The notes: generated from the letters alone by a model not told the origin. A stretch of DNA of 60,664 nucleotides from a bacterium (GCA_021810605.1 JAJZIL010000004.1:1-60664); one strand, 5' to 3'; numbered from the stretch's first letter, positions 29,246 through 38,543 are shown. Made by a program: numbers and translations.

Positions 29246-30325
29246 TTAATTTCCATATAATTTTAAAAATAAAGCATTAATAGCTGTCCAATTTGGTGCA
29301 ACTATATCTTGTGTAACATACTGTCCATTAATTAGAGTTGTAACTGTTGATATAGATGAATATTTTGTAGGTGATAATATTATTGATTGTATTTTAGCAT
29401 TTCTTAATTCATAGGCAATTTTAGACATACTAATTATTTGAGGTATTGTCATATCAGTTCTTATAATAGAACTTAGACTGTTAAATAAGGATGGAATTTC
29501 TGCAATAGTACTTGGATTATCTAATTTATTTTTAAGTATTCTTAAAACTTGTTGTTGTCTTTGTGATCTTCCAAAATCACCCATTAAATCTCCATGTCTT
29601 GAACGTACATACTCTAAAGCTCTTGTTCCTGTCATATATTGAGGTGCTCCTGATATGTATAGATTAATTGCAGCAAATTCTAGAGAAGGGTTATTATTTA
29701 GATCATTTGGATAACTCCAATCTAGAACTGGATGAGTAGGTACGACATTTACTCCTCCAAATGTATTAATTAGTTTTACAAAACCTGATAGACCAACCCA
29801 TGCATAGTAGTTAATTTTTATACCAAAATATTGTTCAACTAACTGTCTTGTTAATTGTATTCCTCCAATTTCTGATGCAGTATCAAATTTTGAATAACCT
29901 CCACTTTGAGTATATCCAGGTATTTTTATCCAAAAATCCCTTGGAATAGAAATCATATATATTTTTTTAAGATAAGGATTAAAGCTTACTATCATTATAG
30001 TTTGAGTGAGTATTGAATTTGGATTAAATTTTTGATCTGTATCAGAACCAAGTACTAATATATTGGTAAATTTATTACTATTATCGTATTTATAATGTAT
30101 TGTTTGTTCTACTTTAGTTCTTTTAATCTTATTTCCTGTTATTTTGAATAGATCATATGTAACAGATAGATATCCAGATTTTATAAATAAAAAACCTCCA
30201 AATAAGAATACTATTATTATTACTAATAGTATCTTTAGTTTTCTATGTTTTCTAGTTCTAACATTTTTAGGTGCAATCTTTCTATTCAAAGTATTATTTT
30301 TTTGTGGTTCTAAATCTATAACCAT
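29246..30325 (-). CDS. LytR-CpsA-Psr (LCP) family protein
   Basis: 359 aa with an N-terminal TM. NILVLGSDTD ... TQTIMIVSFNP ... ISIPRD is the LCP core motif pattern. Confidence 0.8.
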   Translation of the reverse strand: MVIDLEPQKNNTLNRKIAPKNVRTRKHRKLKILLVIIIVFLFGGFLFIKSGYLSVTYDLFKITGNKIKRTKVEQTIHYKYDNSNKFTNILVLGSDTDQKFNPNSILTQTIMIVSFNPYLKKIYMISIPRDFWIKIPGYTQSGGYSKFDTASEIGGIQLTRQLVEQYFGIKINYYAWVGLSGFVKLINTFGGVNVVPTHPVLDWSYPNDLNNNPSLEFAAINLYISGAPQYMTGTRALEYVRSRHGDLMGDFGRSQRQQQVLRILKNKLDNPSTIAEIPSLFNSLSSIIRTDMTIPQIISMSKIAYELRNAKIQSIILSPTKYSSISTVTTLINGQYVTQDIVAPNWTAINALFLKLYGN

Positions 30326-30362
30326 TGATTATGTATAATAAATATAAATTATGAAAAGTATC

Positions 30363-32354
30363 TTAAGATAATAATTTTAACTCTTTAATTTGATCTCTTA
30401 TTTTAGCTGCTTTTTCGAATTGCATTTTTTGAGCATATTCATTCATTTGTTTTGTAAGGTTTTTAATCAACTCTTTTGTATCAGAAATATCTTCTTTATT
30501 CAAATTATCATCTTTTTTCTTTCTCTCAATTTGTATATCAATGCTCTTAGTTATACCTTTTGGTTTCAGATTATTTTTCTTATTATATTCCAATTGGATA
30601 GCTCTTCTTCGTTCTGTCTCTCCTATCGCTCCTTCCATAGATTGAGTTATAGTATCAGCATACATAATTACTTTTCCATTCTCATGTCTTGCAGCTCTTC
30701 CCATTATCTGAATAAGAGATTGTTTAGATCTTAAAAATCCTTCTTTATCTGCATCAAGAATTATAATTAAAGACACTTCTGGTAGATCCAATCCTTCTCT
30801 TAGAAGATTAATTCCTACAATAACATCATAGACTCCTAATCTTAGATCCCTTAAGACTTCAGTTCTTTCTATTGTATCTATATCACTATGTAGATACTGA
30901 GTTTTAAAATTGTTTTCTATTAGGTATTTATTGAGTTCCTCTGACATTTTTTTTGTAAGAGTTATAATTATTGTTCTTTCATTATTCTTAACTCTTTTTT
31001 CTAATTCTTTTTTTATATCCTCTATTTGTCCTTCAGATTTCCTTACTTCTACTTCTGGATCTATTAGCATTGTAGGTCTTATTATTTGTTCTACAATTCC
31101 ATTTTTAGGGTAATCCTCTAGTCCTTTTGTATCCTTTTTTGATAACTCTATCTCATAATCATTAGGAGTAGCAGATACATAAATAGCTTTATTAATTTTG
31201 CTCTTAAATTCTTCAAAATTCAGAGGTCTATTATCTATTGCAGAAGGTAGTCTAAAACCATACTCAACTAGAGTTTTTTTTCTTTGATAATCACCTCTGT
31301 GCATTCCTCTTATTTGAGGTAGAGTTATATGACTCTCATCTATAATTAAAAGATAGTCTTTTGGGAAAAAATCCATAAGTGTATATGGTGCTGATCCTTT
31401 TTTCCTTCCTTCTATATGCCTTGAATAATTTTCAATTCCTTGACAATATCCCATTTCTTGAATCATTTCTATATCAAAATTAACTCTTTGCTCCAACCTT
31501 CTTGCCTCTACTATCATATCTTTTTTTCTGAAGTAATCTAATTGTTCCTTGAGTTCTTCTTTAATACTTGTTATTGAACTATTAAGTTTTTCTTGTCTTA
31601 CTGTATAATGTTTTGCTGGGAATATATATATATTCTCCAACTTATCTCCTTTTGTTCTTAAAAATGGATTTATTATCCTTATATCTTCTACGATTTGGTC
31701 AAAAATTTCTATTCTAATAACACTATCTTCATATTGTGGAAATATTTCTATTATGTTTCCCTTTATGCTAAATGTTCCTCTTTTATATTCATAATCATTT
31801 CTCTCATACTGTATATTTAAAAGGGACATTATTAGATCAGATCTTTTTATATACATTCCTTTATCTATTCTAATTGCTAAATTTTCATAGTCATCAGGAT
31901 TCCCAAGACCATATATACAAGAAACTGAAGCTACTATAATTACATCATTTCTAGTGACTAAATATTGTGTAGCTTTATTTCTATACTGTTCAATCTCTTC
32001 ATTTATCTGAGTTTCTTTTTCTATATAGAGATCTTTTGTTGGAATATATGCTTCTGGTTGATAATAATCATAATATGATACAAAATATGCAACTGCATTG
32101 TGAGGGAAAAATTTTCTAAATTCTGATGCTAACTGTGCAGCAAGAGTTTTATTATGAGCAATCACAAGAGTAGGTTTATTAATATTTTTTATTACATTTG
32201 ACATAACAAATGTTTTTCCAGATCCTGTAACACCCATTAATGTTTGATTCTCTATCCCCTCCTCTATTCCTTTAGTTAGATATGATATTGCTTGAGGTTG
32301 ATCTCCCTGAGGTTTAAAATTAGATACTAGATCAAATTTTTCTTTTTTATTCAT
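30363..32354 (-). CDS. uvrB: excinuclease ABC subunit B
   Basis: PQGDQPQAI, GVTGSGKTF (Walker A), DESH box, and a C-terminal UVR motif (FEKAAKIRDQI). Start placed at MNKKEKF (32354). The track ORF extends 10 codons further, to 32384. Confidence 0.95.
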   Translation of the reverse strand: MNKKEKFDLVSNFKPQGDQPQAISYLTKGIEEGIENQTLMGVTGSGKTFVMSNVIKNINKPTLVIAHNKTLAAQLASEFRKFFPHNAVAYFVSYYDYYQPEAYIPTKDLYIEKETQINEEIEQYRNKATQYLVTRNDVIIVASVSCIYGLGNPDDYENLAIRIDKGMYIKRSDLIMSLLNIQYERNDYEYKRGTFSIKGNIIEIFPQYEDSVIRIEIFDQIVEDIRIINPFLRTKGDKLENIYIFPAKHYTVRQEKLNSSITSIKEELKEQLDYFRKKDMIVEARRLEQRVNFDIEMIQEMGYCQGIENYSRHIEGRKKGSAPYTLMDFFPKDYLLIIDESHITLPQIRGMHRGDYQRKKTLVEYGFRLPSAIDNRPLNFEEFKSKINKAIYVSATPNDYEIELSKKDTKGLEDYPKNGIVEQIIRPTMLIDPEVEVRKSEGQIEDIKKELEKRVKNNERTIIITLTKKMSEELNKYLIENNFKTQYLHSDIDTIERTEVLRDLRLGVYDVIVGINLLREGLDLPEVSLIIILDADKEGFLRSKQSLIQIMGRAARHENGKVIMYADTITQSMEGAIGETERRRAIQLEYNKKNNLKPKGITKSIDIQIERKKKDDNLNKEDISDTKELIKNLTKQMNEYAQKMQFEKAAKIRDQIKELKLLS

Positions 32355-32539
32355 TATTATATATGTAAGTTTTCTATTATACATTAATATACATATTTTT
32401 TTTATAGTATTTTTATAGTATATTTATAAGGTATTTTAGTATAATATAATTTACAAAATGTTCTATTTGACATACAGAGCATATTTATATATCATATAAT
32501 ATATTTTACAATACTACTTCTAACTTAATCAAAAATATT

Positions 32540-33592
32540 ATGGCTAAATTAAAAACAGATACTGTAGATGCTGATGTTAAGAATACAAAAAACAGTTCAT
32601 TTTTTTCAGATATGTATAAAAAATCTTCATTTTCAGATAAAAGCAAAAGACCTAAAGTAATAGTATCATTTGTTGTTTTAGTTATTTTTGTAGTAGTTAT
32701 TGCATTATTTTTTGTAATGTATAATTTCGGAGTACATATTCCTGGAGTATCAAATGTAGTAGATTCTATTCCTGTATTGAAAAACCTAGATAGATCTTCT
32801 CAGAATATTTTACCAAAGACATATGTTGCTGATCAGGGAATTCATTCATATAAGTATAATGTAGACTTTGCTCTTACTTCATCTGGGTCTAGTGGTGGAA
32901 ATATTAATCAGCAATTTAATGGAGAAATAGATTTTAGTAACCCTAAAAATATTACATCACAGTCTAGTCTTAATGAGAAGTTTTCATCAACTTCTTCAAG
33001 TGGAGCTCAGTCTCTTTTAATTGATGGTAATTTTGTAGAAAATAATAAACAATTTTTTATTAATTTTTCTAAATTTCCTTCTGTATTAAATGCTGGAATA
33101 AAAACTGGTCAATGGATTCTTTTACCTAACCTAGAATTTTCATTTCTATCTCAATTAGAAAAACAATCAAATATTAATTATTCTAATTTTAATACATACT
33201 CAGAGGGTAATTCTATTTTAAATGGTACAGTAGTAACTCATTATGTAATAGTGATTCCTAAAAAAGATTATGCAAGTATTGAGTTGTTATCTTTATTAAA
33301 ATCAGTCTTTAATAATATTACAATAGATACAAACAGTATAGATCTTAATGAATGGGTTGGTTTAACAGATAATAGAATTTACCAAGAATCTGTAACTATA
33401 AATAAAGCAATTGTTAGTGGTACAAATGCAAAAGTGTATTTTGGAGCTAGTATGACATCATTTAATACTAATTATAGTTTCTCTAATCCTACTACTTATA
33501 TAAATCTTCAAGGAAAGAGAGTAAGTAGTAGTAGCAGTTCTAATAGTAGTAAAAGTTCTTCTACTAGTAAAACAAGCAGTAGTAAAAAATAA
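32540..33592 (+). CDS. hypothetical membrane-anchored protein with Ser-rich C-terminal tail
   Basis: 350 aa. Cytoplasmic N-terminus, one TM (VIVSFVVLVIFVVVIALFFV), a large extracytoplasmic region, and a tail SSSSSSNSSKSSSTSKTSSSKK. No family recognised. Confidence 0.55.
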   Translation: MAKLKTDTVDADVKNTKNSSFFSDMYKKSSFSDKSKRPKVIVSFVVLVIFVVVIALFFVMYNFGVHIPGVSNVVDSIPVLKNLDRSSQNILPKTYVADQGIHSYKYNVDFALTSSGSSGGNINQQFNGEIDFSNPKNITSQSSLNEKFSSTSSSGAQSLLIDGNFVENNKQFFINFSKFPSVLNAGIKTGQWILLPNLEFSFLSQLEKQSNINYSNFNTYSEGNSILNGTVVTHYVIVIPKKDYASIELLSLLKSVFNNITIDTNSIDLNEWVGLTDNRIYQESVTINKAIVSGTNAKVYFGASMTSFNTNYSFSNPTTYINLQGKRVSSSSSSNSSKSSSTSKTSSSKK

Positions 33593-34119
33593 TGAAAAAA
33601 AAAGATTCTCTATTTTTTCTTATAGTGGTTTTATATCTATTTATAGTAGTTTTCTTTTTTCTATACTTTGTAAGTTTTTCAAATACTAATCCTGTTAAGA
33701 TTTATAATGTTGAAAAACCATCAATTTCAGTTAGTAATGATTATGCAATATCTTTAAATGAGCAAATAAAGCAAAATCTATATGAGATTAAAAATGCATT
33801 TCTAAGAGATCCTAATTTTTCTAAATTAAATATAGATTCTGTATCAAGTTTTATTCATATTAAAATAAATGGAGTATCTGGAGAAGCTCCCAATTGTGGG
33901 GCAAGTGTATCAACAATAAAAGATCATTGTACTACACTTAATTCAGTATACTCTTCTCTTAAACCATATATAAATAATTTGAAGATTAGTTTTACAAGTT
34001 CAAATGATATATCTAATTATTATATTTTCAAATATAATAATAGTTATTACTTTATGGATAATAGTTTTTATAAGACTATAAATAATAATGGTTTTCCAAT
34101 TTATTATATAAAAGGTTGA
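33592..34119 (+). CDS. hypothetical membrane-anchored protein
   Basis: 175 aa. TAATG overlap with the previous gene, one N-terminal TM. No family recognised. Confidence 0.5.
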   Translation: MKKKDSLFFLIVVLYLFIVVFFFLYFVSFSNTNPVKIYNVEKPSISVSNDYAISLNEQIKQNLYEIKNAFLRDPNFSKLNIDSVSSFIHIKINGVSGEAPNCGASVSTIKDHCTTLNSVYSSLKPYINNLKISFTSSNDISNYYIFKYNNSYYFMDNSFYKTINNNGFPIYYIKG

Positions 34120-34161
34120 TAATAAAGTATCATTTATGTAATAATTCAATATTCTTTATCT

Positions 34162-34235
34162 GGTTGTGTGGTGTAGTGGACTAACATGTCTCCCTGTCAC
34201 GGAGAAGATCGACGGTTCGAATCCGTTCACAACCG
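34162..34235 (+). tRNA. tRNA-Asp (anticodon GTC)
   Basis: GGTTGTGTGGTGTAGTGGACTAACATGTCTCCCTGTCACGGAGAAGATCGACGGTTCGAATCCGTTCACAACCG. Anticodon stem TCTCC/GGAGA, loop CTGTCAC. Confidence 0.9.
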
Positions 34236-34284
34236 ATTTTTATATATCTATTCTTTTTTAATTTCTTTTTGGTATAATTTTTAA

Positions 34285-34797
34285 ATGGGGAATAAAATAA
34301 AAGAGAATTCTGAATCCATATCTTTTTTTATAGAGTTATGTGTATTTCTTTTTGTAGGTATAGTTATCTTTAACTTTTTTTTTGGATTATTATTTAAATA
34401 TATTACAAATACTGGAATACTTTCTCATTCAAAATTTATAAAAGTATCATATACTAGTTCTCATACACAAAAGAAAGTAATACTTACTTCTACAGAAAAA
34501 TCTATTCAGTCTGTATTTTCAGATTTAATTAGTAATAGTTCAGATATTTCTAATAGATTAACTCAAAGCTATAAAGATAGTCTTTCTTCAGAATATAAAA
34601 ATAATAATTATTCTTCAGATATAGAAAGTTCATTAGGTATATATACATTTTCAAATAATATTAATTTTGTAAATAAATCGAATAATTCTTATCTTATATA
34701 TTTGTATATTGGAAAATCTAAATTATATCTTAGAGTATATTTTCAAAAGGATTCTACTGGTATCAAAGTATCAGGAATATTACCATCTGAATCATGA
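34285..34797 (+). CDS. hypothetical membrane-anchored protein
   Basis: 170 aa with one N-terminal TM (ISFFIELCVFLFVGIVIFNFFFGLLF) and a Ser/Asn-rich ectodomain. No family recognised. Confidence 0.5.
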   Translation: MGNKIKENSESISFFIELCVFLFVGIVIFNFFFGLLFKYITNTGILSHSKFIKVSYTSSHTQKKVILTSTEKSIQSVFSDLISNSSDISNRLTQSYKDSLSSEYKNNNYSSDIESSLGIYTFSNNINFVNKSNNSYLIYLYIGKSKLYLRVYFQKDSTGIKVSGILPSES

Positions 34798-34808
34798 AAT
34801 TTATAAAA

Positions 34809-34880
34809 AGTGAGAAACGGGATTCGAACCCGCGACCTCTTCCTTGGGAAGGAAGCATTCTACCGCTGAACTATTCTCAC
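34809..34880 (-). tRNA. tRNA-Gly (anticodon CCC)
   Basis: Reverse complement GTGAGAATAGTTCAGCGGTAGAATGCTTCCTTCCCAAGGAAGAGGTCGCGGGTTCGAATCCCGTTTCTCACT. Anticodon stem CTTCC/GGAAG, loop TTCCCAA. U73 discriminator, as in bacterial tRNA-Gly. Confidence 0.88.
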
Positions 34881-34892
34881 AAATTATTAGAA

Positions 34893-34964
34893 AGCCGAAA
34901 AGCAGAATCGAACTGCTAACTCCACTTTACGAAAGTGATGCTTTTCCATTTAAGCTATATCGGC
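34893..34964 (-). tRNA. tRNA-Thr (anticodon CGT)
   Basis: Reverse complement GCCGATATAGCTTAAATGGAAAAGCATCACTTTCGTAAAGTGGAGTTAGCAGTTCGATTCTGCTTTTCGGCT. Anticodon loop TTCGTAA. One U-U mismatch in the acceptor stem. Confidence 0.85.
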
Positions 34965-35024
34965 TTATTGATTACATTCTATCAGATTTTTATTTTTTTT
35001 CTAAGTTATGATAGAATTAAGTTT

Positions 35025-35651
35025 ATGGAGCAAACAAGTTTTTTAACTAGAGTTCTAACTATATTTAGCTTATCTTTGATAGTTGCAGTACTAGGTGTTT
35101 ATATGTCAAGGTATGTTCCAAGTGGATATTATCTCTTTTTAGTAATATTAGAATTTATACTTATATTTGCTGTTAATTTTGCTAGTAAAAGACCTACTCT
35201 AGCTCCAATTTTCCTTTTTTTATTTACATTTATCTCTGGTGTTATGATAGGTCCATTAATCTATGTATTTTTTAATATTGGTGCTGGAGCTATTGTTTTT
35301 GAAGCGTTATCAATAACTGCAATAATTTTTATATTGCTTACTTCTATTGTTTATTTCTTTAATATAAATTTAGTAAATTCTAAAATTTGGATATTTTTAT
35401 TAGTTGGTTTGATTGGTATTATTATAGCTAGCATAGTAAATATTTTTCTAAGGAATCCTTTATTTAATTTTTATATTTCTGTTGTGGTAGTACTAATTTT
35501 TTCTGGATATATTCTTTATGATATTTCTAACATATTAGAGAATCCTAATATGACGAATGAGTATGTAGCTGCTCTAGCTTTATATCTTGATTTTGTAAAT
35601 ATATTTATAGCTTTACTTAATATACTTGGATTTCTACAAGGTAAAGATTAA
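35025..35651 (+). CDS. Bax inhibitor-1 / YccA family membrane protein
   Basis: Multi-TM protein with the C-terminal ALALYLDFVNIFIALLNILG motif typical of BI-1/YccA. Start moved to MEQTSFLTRV (35025) because the longer track ORF overlaps tRNA-Thr. Confidence 0.75.
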   Translation: MEQTSFLTRVLTIFSLSLIVAVLGVYMSRYVPSGYYLFLVILEFILIFAVNFASKRPTLAPIFLFLFTFISGVMIGPLIYVFFNIGAGAIVFEALSITAIIFILLTSIVYFFNINLVNSKIWIFLLVGLIGIIIASIVNIFLRNPLFNFYISVVVVLIFSGYILYDISNILENPNMTNEYVAALALYLDFVNIFIALLNILGFLQGKD

Positions 35652-36325
35652 TGTTTTTAAATGCTTTCTTATCTATAATATCTATACATCATATAAGTCA
35701 TGTAATAAATCATGTAATATTCCCCAATATTTATATGTTTATTTTTCTATTTATTACACTTGAGGAGATGGGGGTTCCCATGCCTATCCCAGGAGAGTTT
35801 TTTCTTTTTTTAGCGGGATATAGATTATCTTTAGGTTTTGTTAATCCGATATATATAGTATTAGTTGTCTTAGTCTCAACACTTATTGGAGCAAGTATAC
35901 TCTACTCTATTCTATATTTTAGAGGTTTGGAGTTTATTGAGAAGTATGGAAAATATATTTTTATGCCCAAATCTAGAATCTTAGATGTGCAAGAATGGTT
36001 TTTAGAACATGGTTTTGTATCTATTCTTGTTGGTAGATGGATATTTGGACTTAGAATCCTTGCAAATGTTATAGGAGGATTATTTAAATTTAAATATTAT
36101 AAATTTATATCAACTACACTTTTAGCTACTTTTATATGGACTATGTTCTATATTTTACTAGGTGTATTACTTGGACAATATTATCCTGATATGATAGCTT
36201 TCCTTTCTCAATTTAATAGTGTAGTAATAGAAATAATCTATTCTATTTTATTGACACTCATAACTGCATTTTTTATAAGAATTGTAATAAGGGGAAGTCA
36301 AAAGAATAAAAATGTTAAAATATAA
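35651..36325 (+). CDS. DedA family membrane protein, copy 3
   Basis: 224 aa. LEEMGVPMPIPGEFFLFLAGY and VGRWIFGLRILANVIGG. TAATG overlap with the BI-1-like gene. Confidence 0.75.
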   Translation: MFLNAFLSIISIHHISHVINHVIFPNIYMFIFLFITLEEMGVPMPIPGEFFLFLAGYRLSLGFVNPIYIVLVVLVSTLIGASILYSILYFRGLEFIEKYGKYIFMPKSRILDVQEWFLEHGFVSILVGRWIFGLRILANVIGGLFKFKYYKFISTTLLATFIWTMFYILLGVLLGQYYPDMIAFLSQFNSVVIEIIYSILLTLITAFFIRIVIRGSQKNKNVKI

Positions 36326-36332
36326 TTTTGTT

Positions 36333-37001
36333 TTAACTACTACATCCAGAAATTGTATCTGTATTTCCTAATATAGGGGTACTAGAGTATTCGATTTTTC
36401 CTCCTTGAGAACCCAATAATTCTAGATATACTGTAGATGCATTTGTTAAATTTAATTCATAGATTGTATTAGAGTTGATGGTTTGTATACAAGTTGTCAT
36501 AGTATTAGATTGACCAGTCATATATATAGTTTGTAATTGATCATTAGTAGCTCCATACGTATTAACATCAATATAAAGTGTTCCTGAAAAACTATTATTT
36601 GATGAGGATAATAGATTTATTGGCAACATTACTCCATAAGGAACTTTAACTCCTGTTACAGAAGATAATGTATTATCAGTTATAATATATTGGCAGTTTT
36701 TATTACTTGTTGAAGCAGAAGGTATAACATTACTACATGATTCTTTATTAGGTCCGGTAGTTGGTACTGATTGAGGAATATCATTAGATTGTAGATTCAT
36801 CTGATTAATTGTATTGATACCATTCTGAGCCTCTGTTTGAGCAGCGGTAAAAGCTAATTGTCCATTATAATTTTCGTTATTCTGTTGAGCATTTTTTGTA
36901 ATACTTGAAGTTAATGACATTACTAAAATTAGAACAACTATACCTAAAAGTAGAACTATTATCAGTGCTTGTCCTGTATTATTTTCTTTTGTATATCTCA
37001 T
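36333..37001 (-). CDS. hypothetical secreted/anchored protein with PilX-N-like (minor pilin-like) N-terminus
   Basis: 222 aa. The N-terminal ..NNTGQALIIVLLLGIVVLILVMSL.. followed by LAFTAAQTEAQNGI resembles the PilX_N pattern (G-x-ALI...hydrophobic helix...A..AEAG). No canonical G/FTLIE prepilin site. Confidence 0.4.
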   Translation of the reverse strand: MRYTKENNTGQALIIVLLLGIVVLILVMSLTSSITKNAQQNNENYNGQLAFTAAQTEAQNGINTINQMNLQSNDIPQSVPTTGPNKESCSNVIPSASTSNKNCQYIITDNTLSSVTGVKVPYGVMLPINLLSSSNNSFSGTLYIDVNTYGATNDQLQTIYMTGQSNTMTTCIQTINSNTIYELNLTNASTVYLELLGSQGGKIEYSSTPILGNTDTISGCSS

Positions 37002-37180
37002 ACATTAATAATATAATATATATAGATAAACTAATCAATATATAGTAAGTATAGTGGATAATAATTTAATATATTTACTATTGTAGTAATATGTATTGAA
37101 TTTGATATAAAATTCTGTCAATATTAATATTGTAGATACGAAAATATTAATGTATACTTTTTAATATTTAATTAAATATT

Positions 37181-38482
37181 ATGTCAAAAGGAATAGTTAC
37201 AGGAATAGATATAGGTTCTTCAAAAATTACAACTTTAATAGTAAATATAGAGGATGATAATATTTCTGTTTTAGGTGTTGCAAGCTATAAAAGTAGTGGA
37301 ATAAAAAAGGGTGTTATAGTTAATATTGATGATGCTGTACATTCAATATCTGAAAGTCTAGAGGCAGCTGAGAGAATGGCAGGGATAAGGGTTTCAAATG
37401 CCTATGTTAGTTTAGGATGTAAACATATATCGAGTACTAATAATAAAGGTGTTGTTGCTGTGTCTAATGATGAAATATCTTATGATGATATATCAAGAGT
37501 AAGAGAGAGTTCAGTTGCTGTATCAATTCCACAATCAAGGGAGATTCTACATACTATCGCAAGGGAATATGTTGTAGATTCTCAAGGGGGTATAAAAGAT
37601 CCTCTTGGTATGGCTGGAATAAGACTTGAGATGGATACACATATTATTACAGTTAGTAGTATGGTACTTCATAACCTAAAAAAATGTGTATCTCAAGTAG
37701 GATTATCAGTTGTGGATATAATTTTTTCTGGTTGGGCTGATGCAGAAATAATTCTTACTCAGACAGAAAAAGATTTAGGTGTAGTACTTTTAGATATTGG
37801 ATTTGGAGTTACTGATATTGTGGTCTATCATGATGATGCAATTGCATTCTCTGGGTCTGTTCCTATAGGTAGTTCTAATATAACAAATGATCTTGCTATT
37901 GGATTGAGACTTTCAATCGAAGATGCAGAAAAAATAAAATGTAATTATCCTATTCTTATAAAGAAAGCACAGCAGAGAGAAGAGAAAGAAGATAAAGAAA
38001 AAAAATATTCTAAAAAAGATATCTCATCTTTAATAATGAAAGATGATTTAATATTAAAACTTTCAGATATAGGTATAGAATCGGGATCTAATTTTGATGA
38101 ATTAAGAAAGAGTATGATTGATGATATTATAGAGGCAAGGATAGAAGAGATATTCACTGCAGTGAAAAGTGAGATTAAAAAATCAGGATTTGACTATAAA
38201 ATGCCAGCAGGTATTGTTTTAACTGGAGGAGGATCAAAACTATATTCTATTTCAAAACTTGCTCAAAGATTTTTTTCTACTAGTGCTAGAGTTGGTTACC
38301 CAACTAAATATTCAGCTCTTAATGATGAAATATCAGGTCCATCATTTTCAACAGTTCAAGGAATTGTTAATCATGGGGAGGAATCTTTATCAAAAGATAA
38401 AGTTCTAAATTCTGTATCATCTAAAGATTTTAGTAATAAAGCTAAAGGTATTATTGATTGGATAAAGAATTTAATACCATAA
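37181..38482 (+). CDS. ftsA: cell division protein FtsA
   Basis: 433 aa, actin-fold. GIDIGSSKITTLI, LLDIGFGVTDIVVY and VLTGGGSKL. Directly upstream of ftsZ. Confidence 0.9.
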   Translation: MSKGIVTGIDIGSSKITTLIVNIEDDNISVLGVASYKSSGIKKGVIVNIDDAVHSISESLEAAERMAGIRVSNAYVSLGCKHISSTNNKGVVAVSNDEISYDDISRVRESSVAVSIPQSREILHTIAREYVVDSQGGIKDPLGMAGIRLEMDTHIITVSSMVLHNLKKCVSQVGLSVVDIIFSGWADAEIILTQTEKDLGVVLLDIGFGVTDIVVYHDDAIAFSGSVPIGSSNITNDLAIGLRLSIEDAEKIKCNYPILIKKAQQREEKEDKEKKYSKKDISSLIMKDDLILKLSDIGIESGSNFDELRKSMIDDIIEARIEEIFTAVKSEIKKSGFDYKMPAGIVLTGGGSKLYSISKLAQRFFSTSARVGYPTKYSALNDEISGPSFSTVQGIVNHGEESLSKDKVLNSVSSKDFSNKAKGIIDWIKNLIP

Positions 38483-38543
38483 TATTGATTTAATAAGACT
38501 TTTATGGTTTAATGTTTAGTATAAAATTTTATATATCTAAAGT

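Noticed and set aside
32355-32384. Longer uvrB start (MYNRKLTYII...).
   Set aside because: Canonical UvrB begins close to the F.L.S.F.P.GDQP segment. In addition, the ATG at 32384 lies inside a TGTATAAT -10-like element on the minus strand. This rests on weak evidence, so the call is kept only as a note.
33520-33590. AGT-rich stretch as a possible trinucleotide microsatellite or phase-variable repeat.
   Set aside because: The repeat is imperfect (AGT/AGC/TCT/AAT/AAA interspersed) with at most three perfect units in a row. It simply encodes the Ser-rich tail.
34935-35024. 30-codon N-terminal extension of the BI-1-like ORF.
   Set aside because: It overlaps tRNA-Thr (34893-34964) on the opposite strand. 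The MEQTSFLTRV start at 35025 matches the BI-1/YccA N-terminus.
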